Source: an uncultured Planctomycetaceae bacterium (lineage in GTDB: Bacteria > Planctomycetota > Planctomycetia > Pirellulales > PALSA-1355). Taken from it: DNA of 64,000 nucleotides. The notes below the pieces were generated by a model. That model was not told the origin of the DNA, ran no database searches, and worked only from the letters and a program-made list of their open reading frames with translations. The stretch's first letter is position 1. Each line of letters opens with the position of its first letter. Position numbers and translations under genes: made by a program. The DNA is taken from contig CAWAUV010000008.1 in assembly GCA_963785305.1 (NCBI GenBank), forward strand, positions 608,001 to 672,000. The letters run 5' to 3'. Shown here piece after piece: positions 1 to 10,887 of this stretch.

Positions 1-252
1 GACGCGAATACCACTGCGCCGCGAACCGGCGCGGGCATTGCCCGTACCCTTCTGGCGATACATCTTCTTGGTCGAGGCCGCTACTTCGGCGCACGACTTG
101 GTCTTGGCCGTGCCCAATCGCAGATTGGACTGATACATGATCACGGCGTCGTGCAGAAGCTGCTTGTTGACGACGGTCGCGAACTCGGCGGGATCGATTT
201 CATACGCCCCCACCTTGCTCCCGGTTTTGTCGAACACATCCAAACTAGCCAT
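1..252 (-). CDS. rplD: 50S ribosomal protein L4, 5' part (runs off the window)
   Basis: Hand translation from ATG at 252: MASLDVFDKTG...LLHDAVIMYQSNLRLGTAKTK...KKMYRQKGTGNARAGS; follows rplC. Confidence 0.95.
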   Translation of the reverse strand, partial: MASLDVFDKTGSKVGAYEIDPAEFATVVNKQLLHDAVIMYQSNLRLGTAKTKSCAEVAASTKKMYRQKGTGNARAGSRRSGIRV

Positions 253-325
253 CGCCCCGCTCTTTCTTCTGACTATGAAAACCGCGAACCAAATCCCAAA
301 CACCCCGCGACGAACCGGGCCACTA

Positions 326-1057
326 CTACTTCTTTTTCTTCGAGGCCCGAATCGTGGCCTTGCCAATTCGCTTGAGCATGTTCGTGGCTTGGATAATGAC
401 ATAGCCGCCATTGGCGCCCGGAACCGCGCCACGCACCAAGAGCAGATTGTTCTCGGCGTCGACCTTCACGAGCTTGATGTTGCGGACCGTGCTGCGGGCA
501 TTGCCATGGCGGCCGGCCATGAGACGGCCCTTGGGCACGTGGCCCGGAAATTGCGACTGACCGATCGAGCCGCAGTGGCGATGCACTTTTTTCACGCCGT
601 GGGTGGCGCGCTGGCCGGCCATGTTGTGACGCACCATGACACCGGCGGTGCCGCGACCCTTGCTGGTGCCCACCACGTCGACCCGGACGACGCCGGCCAG
701 GGAATTGACATCGAGCTTCTGCCCGACGGAGAGGCCTTCGATCGAACCACGAAATTCGCGGACAAACCGCTGCGGTTCGCAATCGGCCTTGGCCAGCGGC
801 TCGACGCCCGCCTTGGCCCGCGCCCGAGAACGGCGACTTTCGAGCTTCGCCACATGACCACGTTCGCTGCGGCCGGCCAGACGGCGCGGCTTATCAAGAA
901 AGCCCAACTGGGCGGCCTCGTAGCCATCTCGCTCCAAGGTGCGCAGCTGAAGCACATGGCAGGGGCCGGCTTGAATCACGGTGACGGGAACAACAGCGCC
1001 GTTCTCGTCGAATATCTGCGTCATCCCGACCTTGCGGCCGAGTAGCCCGATTGCCAT
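326..1057 (-). CDS. rplC: 50S ribosomal protein L3
   Basis: MAIGLLGRKVGMTQIF...VPVTVIQAGPC...SKGRGTAG...LLLVRGAVPG. Confidence 0.98.
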   Translation of the reverse strand: MAIGLLGRKVGMTQIFDENGAVVPVTVIQAGPCHVLQLRTLERDGYEAAQLGFLDKPRRLAGRSERGHVAKLESRRSRARAKAGVEPLAKADCEPQRFVREFRGSIEGLSVGQKLDVNSLAGVVRVDVVGTSKGRGTAGVMVRHNMAGQRATHGVKKVHRHCGSIGQSQFPGHVPKGRLMAGRHGNARSTVRNIKLVKVDAENNLLLVRGAVPGANGGYVIIQATNMLKRIGKATIRASKKKK

Positions 1058-1318
1058 CACAGCGTTCCTTCGTGGTCAGTTGCCCCGCGGGAGCCTGCGA
1101 AACGCCGCTGGCTTTTGGCCCGGCGCTCGACAGCTTACCCGCACGGCTTCCGCTACATATAAGTTGTCCGATTTTTGCGAACGAACAAGATTCGCCGCCA
1201 ACGGCAGCCCAAGGCGCCTTGGATAAACGACGCCAGCAGCCACCCACGCTTTCGCCGACTCGACGGGCAAGGCCGCCAGCCGGCAATCAAAGGCCGAGAG
1301 CCCAAAGCTGCCCAAAAC

Positions 1319-1648
1319 TCAATGGCGGCTCGAAGCCTTGATCTTGATATCCACGCCGGCCGGAAGATTGAGCTTATTGAGAGCTTCGATCGTCTTGGCC
1401 GTCGCCTGCACGATGTCGATCAGCCGCTTGTGCGTTCGAATCTCGAACTGCTGGCGCGCTTTCTTGTCGACATGTGGACTCGAGAGCACCGTGTAACGCT
1501 CGATTCGCGTCGGCAACGGAATCGGGCCATGCACTTCCGAGTTGGTGCGCTTGGCCGTGTCGACGATTTCCGCCGCGCTCTGGTCGAGCACCGAATGGTC
1601 GTATGCTTCCATTCGGATGCGGATGATCTCTTGCGTGTGCCCCGCCAC
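1319..1648 (-). CDS. rpsJ: 30S ribosomal protein S10
   Basis: [10 protein letters not shown]...GPIPLPT...[23 protein letters not shown]. Confidence 0.99.
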   Translation of the reverse strand: MAGHTQEIIRIRMEAYDHSVLDQSAAEIVDTAKRTNSEVHGPIPLPTRIERYTVLSSPHVDKKARQQFEIRTHKRLIDIVQATAKTIEALNKLNLPAGVDIKIKASSRH

Positions 1649-1759
1649 AATCTGAACTCCTGCCGCCTCGAAACAAACTCAGGAAGCCACCAAAAATTGG
1701 CGGCGACCTGCCCGAGAACCAAGCCGCGCGTCGCCGCAGGGCCTCAGGGGAAGCCACGC

Positions 1760-1788
1760 ATGATAGAGTTCGTCGCCAAAGCTGTCAA
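1760..1788 (-). promoter_or_regulatory. sigma70-type promoter of the S10 operon
   Basis: Minus strand TTGACA-17 bp-TATCAT, about 110 bp upstream of rpsJ. Confidence 0.7.
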
Positions 1789-2011
1789 CAGCCCGCCTGG
1801 CGAGTTTTTATAATCTCTCCGCCGTGCAATCGCTCCGTGATCGCCGCCCGGAAGCGAGAATCAGCCTCGGCTGGCGTCGCAAATGCCCCATCTTCTCTAG
1901 ACATAACGTCGAGGCCCCAAAAAATGTGTCGCCCAGGCGCCAAAAAAACCGGTTGTCGGATTCCGAGGGAATCGAACGCCGGACCGGTAATCTCGTTGAA
2001 AAAAACATTGC

Positions 2012-3444
2012 GTGACCGACTTTGCTCTTGAACCGATCCGCTCGCTGAGCGATACGAAACCCAGCAAACTCCAACCGCGCTCGGAATCGAATCGGCTTGA
2101 CAGCGCTCCGTCGGGCCTCGCGAACACGCTCATGCAACCATCGGCCACGCAAACCGCCTCGCGCACCACTGCTTCGGAAGGCAAAGGCGACGAGCAGATG
2201 TTTCTCTGTCCCGGCGATGGCGCGGCGATTAGCCACGCGATCCATCTCGGCCGTCTGGCGAGCCACTATCCACCCTGCGCCGGTTGCGAACATCGACCGG
2301 CGAATTTTGGTCCGATCCTGGGCCGCCCCGTGATCGCGGCCGATGCCCTCTTCACCGAGGATGGATTCGCCGGCATCATCGACGAGCAAGTGTCGGCAAG
2401 CGTGGCTCGACGGCTCGCGCTTGCGATCGGCTGCGAACTGCGCAATGAATCGCCAGCCGAAAGCCACCTCGAGGCATCGCCAACGCAAGTTTCACGAACG
2501 ATCGGGGCATCGCAAAGAATCCTCGTTGGAGCCGATGGGCGGGCGAGCGTCGCGGAGCTCTTGGCGGCGACCTGCGAAGGGCTGCGGGCCGCGGGATGCC
2601 ATGTCGTGGAACTCGAGCCGATGACCGCGCCACAAATGGTCGCCACGATTCTGGAGCTCGATTCCCTCGGCGGAGTGTATCTCGGCAATCCCGCAGGCGA
2701 TTCGCACGCCGTGGCAATTCGCTGCTGGTCGCGCGACGCCCGCCCTTTGTGTGGCGGCGGTCGGCTCGATGCGGTGCGGCGCCGCTTTCAAGGCGAGCTC
2801 ACGCGACCCGTTCGCGCGAGCGGCCAACTCGAGCGCCATCGGTCCCCCGCCGGTCGTCTTGATCGCGGTTCGGAACTTTTCCACGCGCTCCGGCCGCTGC
2901 GATTCGCGCTCGACACGGCATCGGCGCCGCTCTCGAAGCGCCTGACGCGATTGCTCGAGCCGACCGCGTGCGAACGAATCGTTCCCGAGTGGATCGGCGC
3001 TCCCGGGGCTGCATCCCGCACTCGCTCACCGACCGGCGACGAAGCATCGCATGGCCGGCGAATCGACTCGCTCGCGGCCTTCACAATCGAGCGCCAGGCC
3101 GATTTCGGCGCTTGGATCGATGGCGATGGCGAACGGCTCGCGGTGGTCGACGAGCGTGGCGTCGCGGTGGACATCGAGCGTTTGCTGTCGGCGATCGCGG
3201 AACTCGATCCTGTCTTGCGCCCTGGTTTTTTCTCCGACACCACTCGCCTCGCCGCCGCGATCACGTGGCGGAGGCGATATCGTCCAGCGGAGCGCGGCTG
3301 GGTGGCGAACCCAATGGCCGAATCTGGTTCGCCGACGCCGAATCGCCTCCCTCGCCCGACGCGCTTTGCGCCCTGGGCCTCGTGCTCCGCCTGCTCAGCC
3401 ACGGCGACGCCCCGCTGTCGCGATTACTTGCCGGAGTCGCTTGA
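2012..3444 (+). CDS. Phosphomannomutase/phosphoglucomutase-like protein, degenerate, frameshifted near 3270; start uncertain
   Basis: LFTEDGFAG, ILVGADGR, MTAP and FGAWIDGDGERLAVVDERG motifs; the C-terminus continues in ORF 2968..3444 (LGGEPNGRIWF...DAL). Confidence 0.7.
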
Positions 3445-3667
3445 CGCCTCGTTAGATAGAGGGCGATTACGCGCGGGATCGCGTACGCGCCGTTGGGAAA
3501 GGGAGAGCCCAAGGAGAGCCCAGACAGTCATCAGATGGCGGGGACGGATGGAATGCCCGTGCTATTTGGGCAATGAAGGAAAGTCCGGCAAACGCTTGTA
3601 CACCGCCGCGGGCCCGCGGGTTGGTGGGCGTCTGGTTTTGTCATGAAGATCAGAAGAGGAGTCTTCC

Positions 3668-3717
3668 AACACGACGACACGACGTAAGCAAGCGGCAGAC
3701 AAAAAGCGCCCGTGTCG
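3668..3717 (+). repeat. Imperfect direct repeat, copy 1 (copy 2 at 5153-5210)
   Basis: aacacgacgacacga...cgtaagca...gcagacaaaaagcgcc.gtgtcg is shared by both copies. Confidence 0.8.
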
Positions 3718-3774
3718 GCCCTCGCCGCTTCATTTCTCCTGTCTTCGTCGTGCCCGTCGTATTGAAAAACTGCC

Positions 3775-4193
3775 GTGGGCAAGCTCTCGGAGGCGTTGTT
3801 CGACGCCGGCGCCGCGACTTGGGCGGCTCGCATGCGGCGCGTGCTCAAGGAGGATCGCGGCGGCATCCAGCGAGCACTCAACTATCTCTGGAAATATCGC
3901 GATCACATGAACTACTGGGAATGCCGGCGAAGCAAACTGCCGATCGGCAGCGGAGTGACCGAGGCGGCTTGCAAGATGATCCTCGGCCATCGCTTCAAGC
4001 AGTCGGGCATACTTTGGAAGCAGGGCCACTCGCAATGCGTGTTCGACCCGCGCGGGTGATCCTCAAAAGCCGCGTTTGGGAGGCCGCTCGCGACGCCTGG
4101 CTCGAACGCCCCCAGCCCGCGAAACCGGCGACATGCGAGCCCAAGCCGACGAAAACACGCCCAAAACCCCAGAAAAAGCCGCTGCCAGCGTGA
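3775..4193 (+). mobile_element. ISKra4-family (UPF0236-like) transposase remnant, C-terminal fragment
   Basis: YLWKYRDHMNY...LPIGSGVTEAACK...RFKQSG motif; truncated and frameshifted. Confidence 0.75.
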
Positions 4194-4243
4194 TTGCACC
4201 CGCTCGGGGAAGCCATCATCGGATACGCCAACGTTCACCCCGC

Positions 4244-4591
4244 TCATGGATGGGGCGTGATGGCGATGATCGTGATGTCTTTGGCTTCCGGCCCGTGGCG
4301 CCAGAAGACTCGATACGCTCCGGGAGTATTGTTTTGAGCGTATGCCTCGAAGATTTTCCTTTTGTCGTCGAACGGATTGGTGATCGAATCGTACTCGTGG
4401 GTCTTGAGTCCTGGGTGGCGGGGATTGTCCTCCAGCAGTTCGATCGTCTTGTGGACCTGCTTGAACAAGCCTTCATCCTTACTCGACTTCCCCTTCGATT
4501 TCTTCTTGCGGGCCTGGATGTTCTTTGCCGCCTTGTCACGAAGATCGTTGTAGGTCTTCGTGGCTTCCAGCGTCCATTTGATCGTGAACAT
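4244..4591 (-). CDS. RelE/ParE-like type II toxin
   Basis: NPRHPGLKTHEY...FEAYAQNNTPGAYRVFW...ITIIAITPHP; small, basic, downstream of an AbrB-like gene. Confidence 0.7.
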   Translation of the reverse strand: MFTIKWTLEATKTYNDLRDKAAKNIQARKKKSKGKSSKDEGLFKQVHKTIELLEDNPRHPGLKTHEYDSITNPFDDKRKIFEAYAQNNTPGAYRVFWRHGPEAKDITIIAITPHP

Positions 4592-4666
4592 CGGCGTGGC
4601 GTCCCAAATACAAAGCGACCGCGGCTTCTTTGATGAGCCCACGGTCGGATTGAGTCAGCTACCGGA

Positions 4667-4936
4667 TTAGTCGTCGATGTCCGCGACAAGGGCTGAATCG
4701 GCATCGAGATCGAGAGCGTCTTTGGCGAACCGGCGGCCCTGGGCTTGGGCCAAGCCCTTGCGGACTGAGTTCAGCGCCTTCTTATTTCGGTAGAGCCAAG
4801 CCTCGTTCTCTGGAATAACGACCGCCGGGGTAATGACGATCTTGTCCGGGTCGGAGTCATCAATAATGACCGTTCGCCCGACAAAGCGATTGCCGAGTGC
4901 GACTCGGCCCTTGCTATCAACTACTTTGGTCGTCAT
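4667..4936 (-). CDS. AbrB/MazE-like antitoxin
   Basis: VDSKGRVALG swapped-hairpin start, IPENEAWLY, acidic tail. Confidence 0.7.
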   Translation of the reverse strand: MTTKVVDSKGRVALGNRFVGRTVIIDDSDPDKIVITPAVVIPENEAWLYRNKKALNSVRKGLAQAQGRRFAKDALDLDADSALVADIDD

Positions 4937-5152
4937 GGGGACTTTCTCCAGTGCTCAATCCATTCTAGGTCATGTGGGAAAGTGGGATTTACCCACAATG
5001 ATATCGGCAAAAAACGGCTGGCGAGCGACAGGATGGCGACCAGGAATTGCGTAAGCGACTGTGCGACAATCGGTTACGGCGCCTGGGGGGCCTCCGTGAC
5101 TTCGCCGACAGCGGCACGCTGGTTTGGAGAACAAACAAAAGCGGAGTATTTT

Positions 5153-5210
5153 AACACGACGACACGAAGCACTCGACGTAAGCAGACAGCAGACAAAAAG
5201 CGCCGTGTCG
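5153..5210 (+). repeat. Imperfect direct repeat, copy 2
   Basis: Matches 3668-3717 apart from small indels. Confidence 0.8.
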
Positions 5211-5355
5211 CCTAGCGAATGTGGCAGTGGGGGCCGGAAAGCAGCGCCGCGGGCGGGGACAGTCCGCGAGCGCGGGGGACGGGTCCGCGCGGCGGCGATC
5301 CTGGGTCGGCGAGATCGCGACGCCGAGGAAAAACCGACCGAAACACATACCCGGC

Positions 5356-5395
5356 CGCCGCAAAAGACGCCAGCCGGCCGGCGTCTTTTGCGGCG
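5356..5395. promoter_or_regulatory. Perfect 16-bp inverted repeat (operator or hairpin)
   Basis: cgccgcaaaagacgcc-8 nt-ggcgtcttttgcggcg. Confidence 0.6.
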
Positions 5396-5485
5396 AGGGG
5401 CGACGCCGACCCTTGGCAATTGGGTCCCTCCCAGCGACAATACAGGAGGCTTGCCCTGGCGGCGCCTTGCGAACCACGGTTTCCA

Positions 5486-5947
5486 ATGATGATTCTTTCC
5501 CGAACTTTGGTCGTGCATGTCTTGGCGGCGAGCCTGCTCCTGGCGAGCGTTTGGCCGGCGGCGAGAAACGCCCGCGCACTAACCGCCTGCCCCGGAGACT
5601 GGGCTGCTCGGCTCGATGTTTGGGCGCACGCCGCGACGGGTATTCACGCGCGGGGCGTCATCACTCGGGCCGACCAGCTCAAAGGTCGCTGTTGCTGCCA
5701 AGGCGACTGCCGCGGCAAGCATTGCGCCATGGCCTGCTGCCGCCGGGCGCCCGAGCGGCAGCCCCCGGCGCCGCCGACCACTCCGCGCCGCGGCGGTGAT
5801 GAGCCAGGGTCGCTCGCGCTCGCGACCCTGCCGGCGATCGTCGATGCTGACGGGGCGCTGGCGGATTTGCGATTCGCTTCACTTCTCGGCGGCCCGTTGG
5901 CGCCTCGCTCCACGCTGCAAACGCAGAGTGTGCGCATCCAGACCTGA
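5486..5947 (+). CDS. Small Cys-rich exported or leader protein upstream of cusA
   Basis: Hydrophobic N-terminus, CCCQGDC...HCAMACC cluster, Pro-rich linker. Confidence 0.6.
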   Translation: MMILSRTLVVHVLAASLLLASVWPAARNARALTACPGDWAARLDVWAHAATGIHARGVITRADQLKGRCCCQGDCRGKHCAMACCRRAPERQPPAPPTTPRRGGDEPGSLALATLPAIVDADGALADLRFASLLGGPLAPRSTLQTQSVRIQT

Positions 5948-6108
5948 CCGCGCCTTGCCGCGCCTTGCGAAGACGCGAGGCGCCGCGCGAGGGCGGCCTC
6001 CCCGCGCGAGCTTCGGGCGAATGCATTTCCACGCCCCTGGCGGCTTCAGGCTCGAGCTCGCGCGCCTCGGGCATTTCACGCACGCAATCGAAGCGAAGGA
6101 TTTGACCA

Positions 6109-9100
6109 ATGATCGAAAAAATAATCGAAGCCTCGATCCGCAATCGCTTCGTGGTGTTGTTTATCACCGCCGCGCTCGCGGTCGCCGGCGTGGTGGCGAT
6201 GTTCAACACGCCGATCGACGCGATTCCCGACCTGAGCGAAAACCAGGTGATCGTGTTCACCGACTGGATGGGTCGCAGCCCGCGCGAAATCGAAGACCAG
6301 GTCACCTATCCGCTCTCGCGCAAGCTGCAAGGTCTGGCCGGGGTGCGCGCCGTGCGTTCGAGCAGCGAATTCAATTTCTCGATGATCACGATCATCTTCG
6401 ACGACGACATCGACTTTTATTTCGCCCGCCAGCGAGTGAGCGAAAAACTGGCCCAGGCCAGCGTCTTTCTGCCTCCGGGAGTCTTGCCCTATCTCGCGCC
6501 CGACGCCACGGCGCTCGGGCAAATCTTCTGGTACACGGTCGAGTCGAGCCCGGAACACAAGATCAACCCGGAGCGGCTTTGGGCCTTGAACAAGTTCTAT
6601 ATCGCCACGCAACTCAACGCCGCGCCGGGCGTGGCCGACGTGGCGATCGTGGGCGGAGCGCCGCTCGAATATCAGATCGATGTGCGGCCCGAGTCGCTGC
6701 GGGCCCATGGCATCACGCTGGGTGATCTGTATTCGGCGGTGGGCAAAAGCAACATGCCGGCTGGCGGCGGCGTGATTCAAAAGAACAACGCCGAATACAT
6801 TGTCCGCGGCGTGGGCTGGATCAAGGACAAGCGCGATATCGAAGACGCCGTGATCAAGGAGATCAACGGCACGCCGATCTATGTGAAAACCGTGGCCAAG
6901 GTGACGCTCGGGTCCCAGTTTCGCCGCGGCATCTTCGAGAAAAACGGCAACGAAGTCACCGGGGGCGCGGTGCTGATGCGCCATGGCGAGAACCCGCTCA
7001 AGGTCACCGAGCGCGTCAAGGACCGCATTCACGAGCTACAAGCCGGACTGCCGGCCGGAGTGCATATCGTGCCGGCCTACGATCGCACCCGGCTGATCAC
7101 CGGCGCGATTCACACGCTGACCGAAGTGATGATGCACGAGATGTTGATCGCCTCGTTGGCGATTCTGTTGATTCTGGCGCATGTGCGAAGCGTGTTCGTC
7201 ATTTGCATCACGCTTCCGCTCGCGGTCCTGTTTTCGTTTTTGCTGATGGCGATTTTGCGGCGGCTGGGCATTGTCGATATTCAGGCCAATATCATGTCGC
7301 TGGCCGGCATCACGATCTCGATCGGCATTTTGGTCGATCAGGCGATCGTGATGACCGAAAACGCCACGCATCATCTCAAACAACATTTCGGCGACAAAAA
7401 AGTCACGGGCGACACGCGCAAACTGGTCATGGCGCCGTGCCGCACGGTGGGCCGGCCGATCTTCTTCTCGGTGCTGATCATGCTGCTCTCGTTCGTGCCG
7501 GTGTTCATGCTCGGCGGCCGCGAGGGCAAGCTCTTTCATCCGCTGGCTTTTACCAAAAGCTTCGCCATGATCGGAGTGGCCTTGATTTCGATCACGGTCG
7601 TGCCGGCGCTGATTCCCACCTTCATTCGCGGCCGGCTGCGCGGCGAGGAAGAGAACCCGATCGTGCGCGGCTTCATTCAAATCTATAAACCGCTACTCAC
7701 CTGGGCCCTGCCGCGCCGCAATCTCGTGATGTGGGCCTTCGCGGCGCTGCTGGTAATCGCGGCGGGCGTTTTTCCGCTGCAATCGCTCCTGGGCATGGGC
7801 GCCGACGAACGCGCTTGGAAACAAGTGTTTCTCGTGGTTTTTTTCATCGTCACCTCCTTGACCGTGATTTTCATCAACGGCAAACGGGCAACCAATTTAA
7901 CCTCGCTCCTCGAAAATCTCGGATTGTTCGCGGGCGGCGTCGCGCTTCTCGCTATCGCCGCGGGGTTTTTCCAGGCCGGGCAGCACTTTAGCTGGATGCA
8001 TGCGACGCTGCCCGGCGTCGGCGAGGTGGCGATCGCGAAATGGCCGCTCTGGTTCTGCTCGCTGGCGACGGTGCTCGCGCTCTTCGTCGTCGCGATCCGA
8101 ACCGATCGGCTCATTCTCTGGCAAATGCTCGCGGTGGCCAGCCTGGTGTTGGTGGGGCTTTGGTCGTATCGGCTCGAGAAGATCGGCGTGTCGTTCATGC
8201 CGGCGCTCGATGAAGGCGCGATGCTCGACATGCCCGTGACCGTGCCGCGAGCCAGTGTCACGCAAGTGGCCGATGACCTCAAGGCCCGCGACGCGCTCTT
8301 GCGCGGTTTTCCGGAGGTGGAGTCCGTGATCGGCAAGGCGGGTCGGGCCGACACGCCGACCGATCCGGCTCCGCTCGACATGGTCGAAACCTTCGTGAAC
8401 TTTCGGCCCCAGGAATTGTGGCCCAAGCGCGTGCTCAAATTCACCGACGCCGCGAGACAAATCGACGACACGCTCACGGCGCTCGAGCAACAAGGCTTCA
8501 TTCAGGCGCCGGAAAACGAAGACGATCGCCGCGGACTACTCGACGACGCCTCCCAAAAAGCGCTCGAGCGCTTCGACGAAACCCTTCGCGAGCTCGCGCT
8601 GTTGCGCTATCAAGAAATCGAGCATTCGCTCCGCGGCGAGCTCACTGCGTTTGCCGTCGCGCAGACAATCGACAGGATGAAAGCCGCCGGCCGTATTGCA
8701 TGGCCCGCTGGCGTCGTCGAACAGGATGTCGTCGCGGGGCTGATAAAGCGATTCACGCCTCGATATGGCCCCTGGCTGGCCGCGAATCCCTCGCTGGAAG
8801 ATTGCGAGCTGCTCAGCCAAGCAATCGCCGAGGCGCTCGCCGCCGAGGGCGCGATCGACAATGTGGCCGACGCGCTGGAGGCCACGCATTCAACACTCGG
8901 CAATTTCTGGATCGCGGCCAAGGAGCTTGTGGGCGGCGATCGTCCGACATTCGCCGGCGAGCTGCTCGCGGCCGTCGAGCGGGAGCGAAATCGGCTATGG
9001 GCCGATGGCGCACGGCGCGTGAATTGGGAACTCTCGGATCGTGGCATCGAGGTTTTTACCTGGGACGCGCTCGAGGAACTGGCCAAGGCGGCGACCAAGG

Positions 9101-10763
9101 CCGATCTCGTGGCTCATGCCCCGCGCGGCGCCCTGACCGAGGCGTTTGCCGCGGCGGCCCTGAAGTCGCAACTCGAGCAGCCGGCCGACATGGCCGCCTT
9201 CACGCCGTTCCACGAACTCCGCCAGCAATTGCAAGGGCCATTTGCCAAGCGCGTGTTTCTCTGGCCGCGGCGTCCCGGGCCGAAGGGCGATCTCGTCGAC
9301 GATGAAATGCGACGCGTGTTGCAGGCGCCGGGCTGGAGCAACATTTTTACCCAACCAATCATCAATCGCATCGACATGCTCTCGACCGGAGTGCGAACCG
9401 ATATCGGCGTGAAGGTCTTTGGCGACGACCTGGATACGATCGACCGAGTGTGCAAGGAAATCGAAGTCGCGCTCAAGCCGATCCCGGCGCGCGCGATGTG
9501 CTCGCGGCCCCGATCATGGGCAAGGGCTATTTGCAAATCGACATCGATCGCCGCGCCGCGGCGCGCTACGGAATCACGGTCGAGGATATTCAAAACGAAA
9601 TCGAAGTCGCGCTCGCCGGGCGCACCGTGACCTATACCGTCGAGAACCGCGATCGCTTTCCGGTGCGCATTCGCTATTATCGCGCCGAGCGCGAAGACGA
9701 AGCCAGCATTGGCCGGCTGCTGGTGGCGGCCAGTAGCGTGTCGAGGGCGCCCGCCGGCGATGCGGGCAACATGGGCGCCGGCGCCGGGCCGGCCGACACC
9801 ATGAATAGCGGCCCGAAGTCGGCTTCGGCAAGCGCACCGCCCGCCGCCGGCGAGCCACACATGTCGACACCCGCGCACGCTGGCCGGGGCAAAGCGCTGA
9901 TTCCGCTCGCGGCGCTGGCGACGATCAAGATCGTGGAAGGACCGGCGATGATCAAAAGCGAAAACGGGCGGCTATTGAACTATGTGACGGTCAATGTGCG
10001 CGGGCGCGACATGGTGGGCTTTGTCGATGAAGCCCAGCGAGTGGTGGCTCAGAAAGTAAAACTTCCCGAGGGCGTGCATCTCGAATGGACCGGCGAATTC
10101 GAACATCAGGCCCGGGCCGCGCGGACGCTGCGCTTCGTGTTTCCGGCCGTGATCGCGCTGATCTTCATGATTTTGTATTTGACGTACAACGATCTGATGG
10201 ACGCGGTGCTGATGATGATGGCGGTGCCCGAGGCGCTGGCGGGCGGAGCGTTTTTCATGGTTCTCTTTCCCAAGATCATGCAAGGCTGGTCGGCGCCGCC
10301 GATGGATTTCAGCGTCGCGGTCTGGGTGGGGTTCATTGCGTGCTTCGGCATGGCCACCGAAACCGGCATTATCATGCTCGTGTATCTGCGCGAGGCGATC
10401 GACAAACGCGGTGGGTTGGAGAATATCGGCTCGCTGGCCGAACTGCGCGAGGCGGTGATCGAAGGCGCCGTGCATCGCCTGCGACCGAAGCTACTCACCG
10501 AGGGCGTGGCGATCATCGCGATCTTTCCGATGGTGTTCTCCAAGGGCGTCGGCGGTGAAATCTTGGCGCCGATGGCGCTGCCGGTGCTGGGCGGATTGCT
10601 CATTTCCGACGAAGTGGTCGACCTCTTCCTGCCGGTGCGCTTCTACTGGATCCGCCGCGCCCGCTGGCTCAAATTGCAGGCGGAGCGAGCCGATCGAGCG
10701 CCGGTCGTGGTGGATGGCGCCACGGAAGCTTCGCCCGAGATGGCCACGACCGCCACGGTCTGA
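6109..10763 (+). CDS. cusA: CusA-type Cu(I)/Ag(I) RND efflux permease with large insertions; frameshift near 9487
   Basis: IDAIPDLSENQVIVFT, EGKLFHPLAFTK, LDMP, DPAPLDMVET, NRIDMLSTG; joins ORFs 6109..9630 and 9450..10763. Confidence 0.9.
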
Positions 10764-10887
10764 TCGGACGAATCCGCCAGCCGCGGGAGCGATGTTTCCG
10801 ATCGCGGTCGCTTGGCTTGGGGCGCTCCAGGCGATATTCTGACGGCTCGGCTCGAGGTTGGCTCCCCAGCTTTCAAGGAGGGTGATT

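Noticed and set aside
91..96. L4 motif TKSCAEV in place of the usual TKxRxEV
   Set aside because: A single-base difference that cannot be told apart from a sequencing error.
137..1045. Long plus-strand ORF opposite rplC, and many similar antisense ORFs (e.g. 32693..34273, 52503..54065)
   Set aside because: Shadow ORFs typical of high-GC DNA; the opposite strand encodes a recognisable protein.
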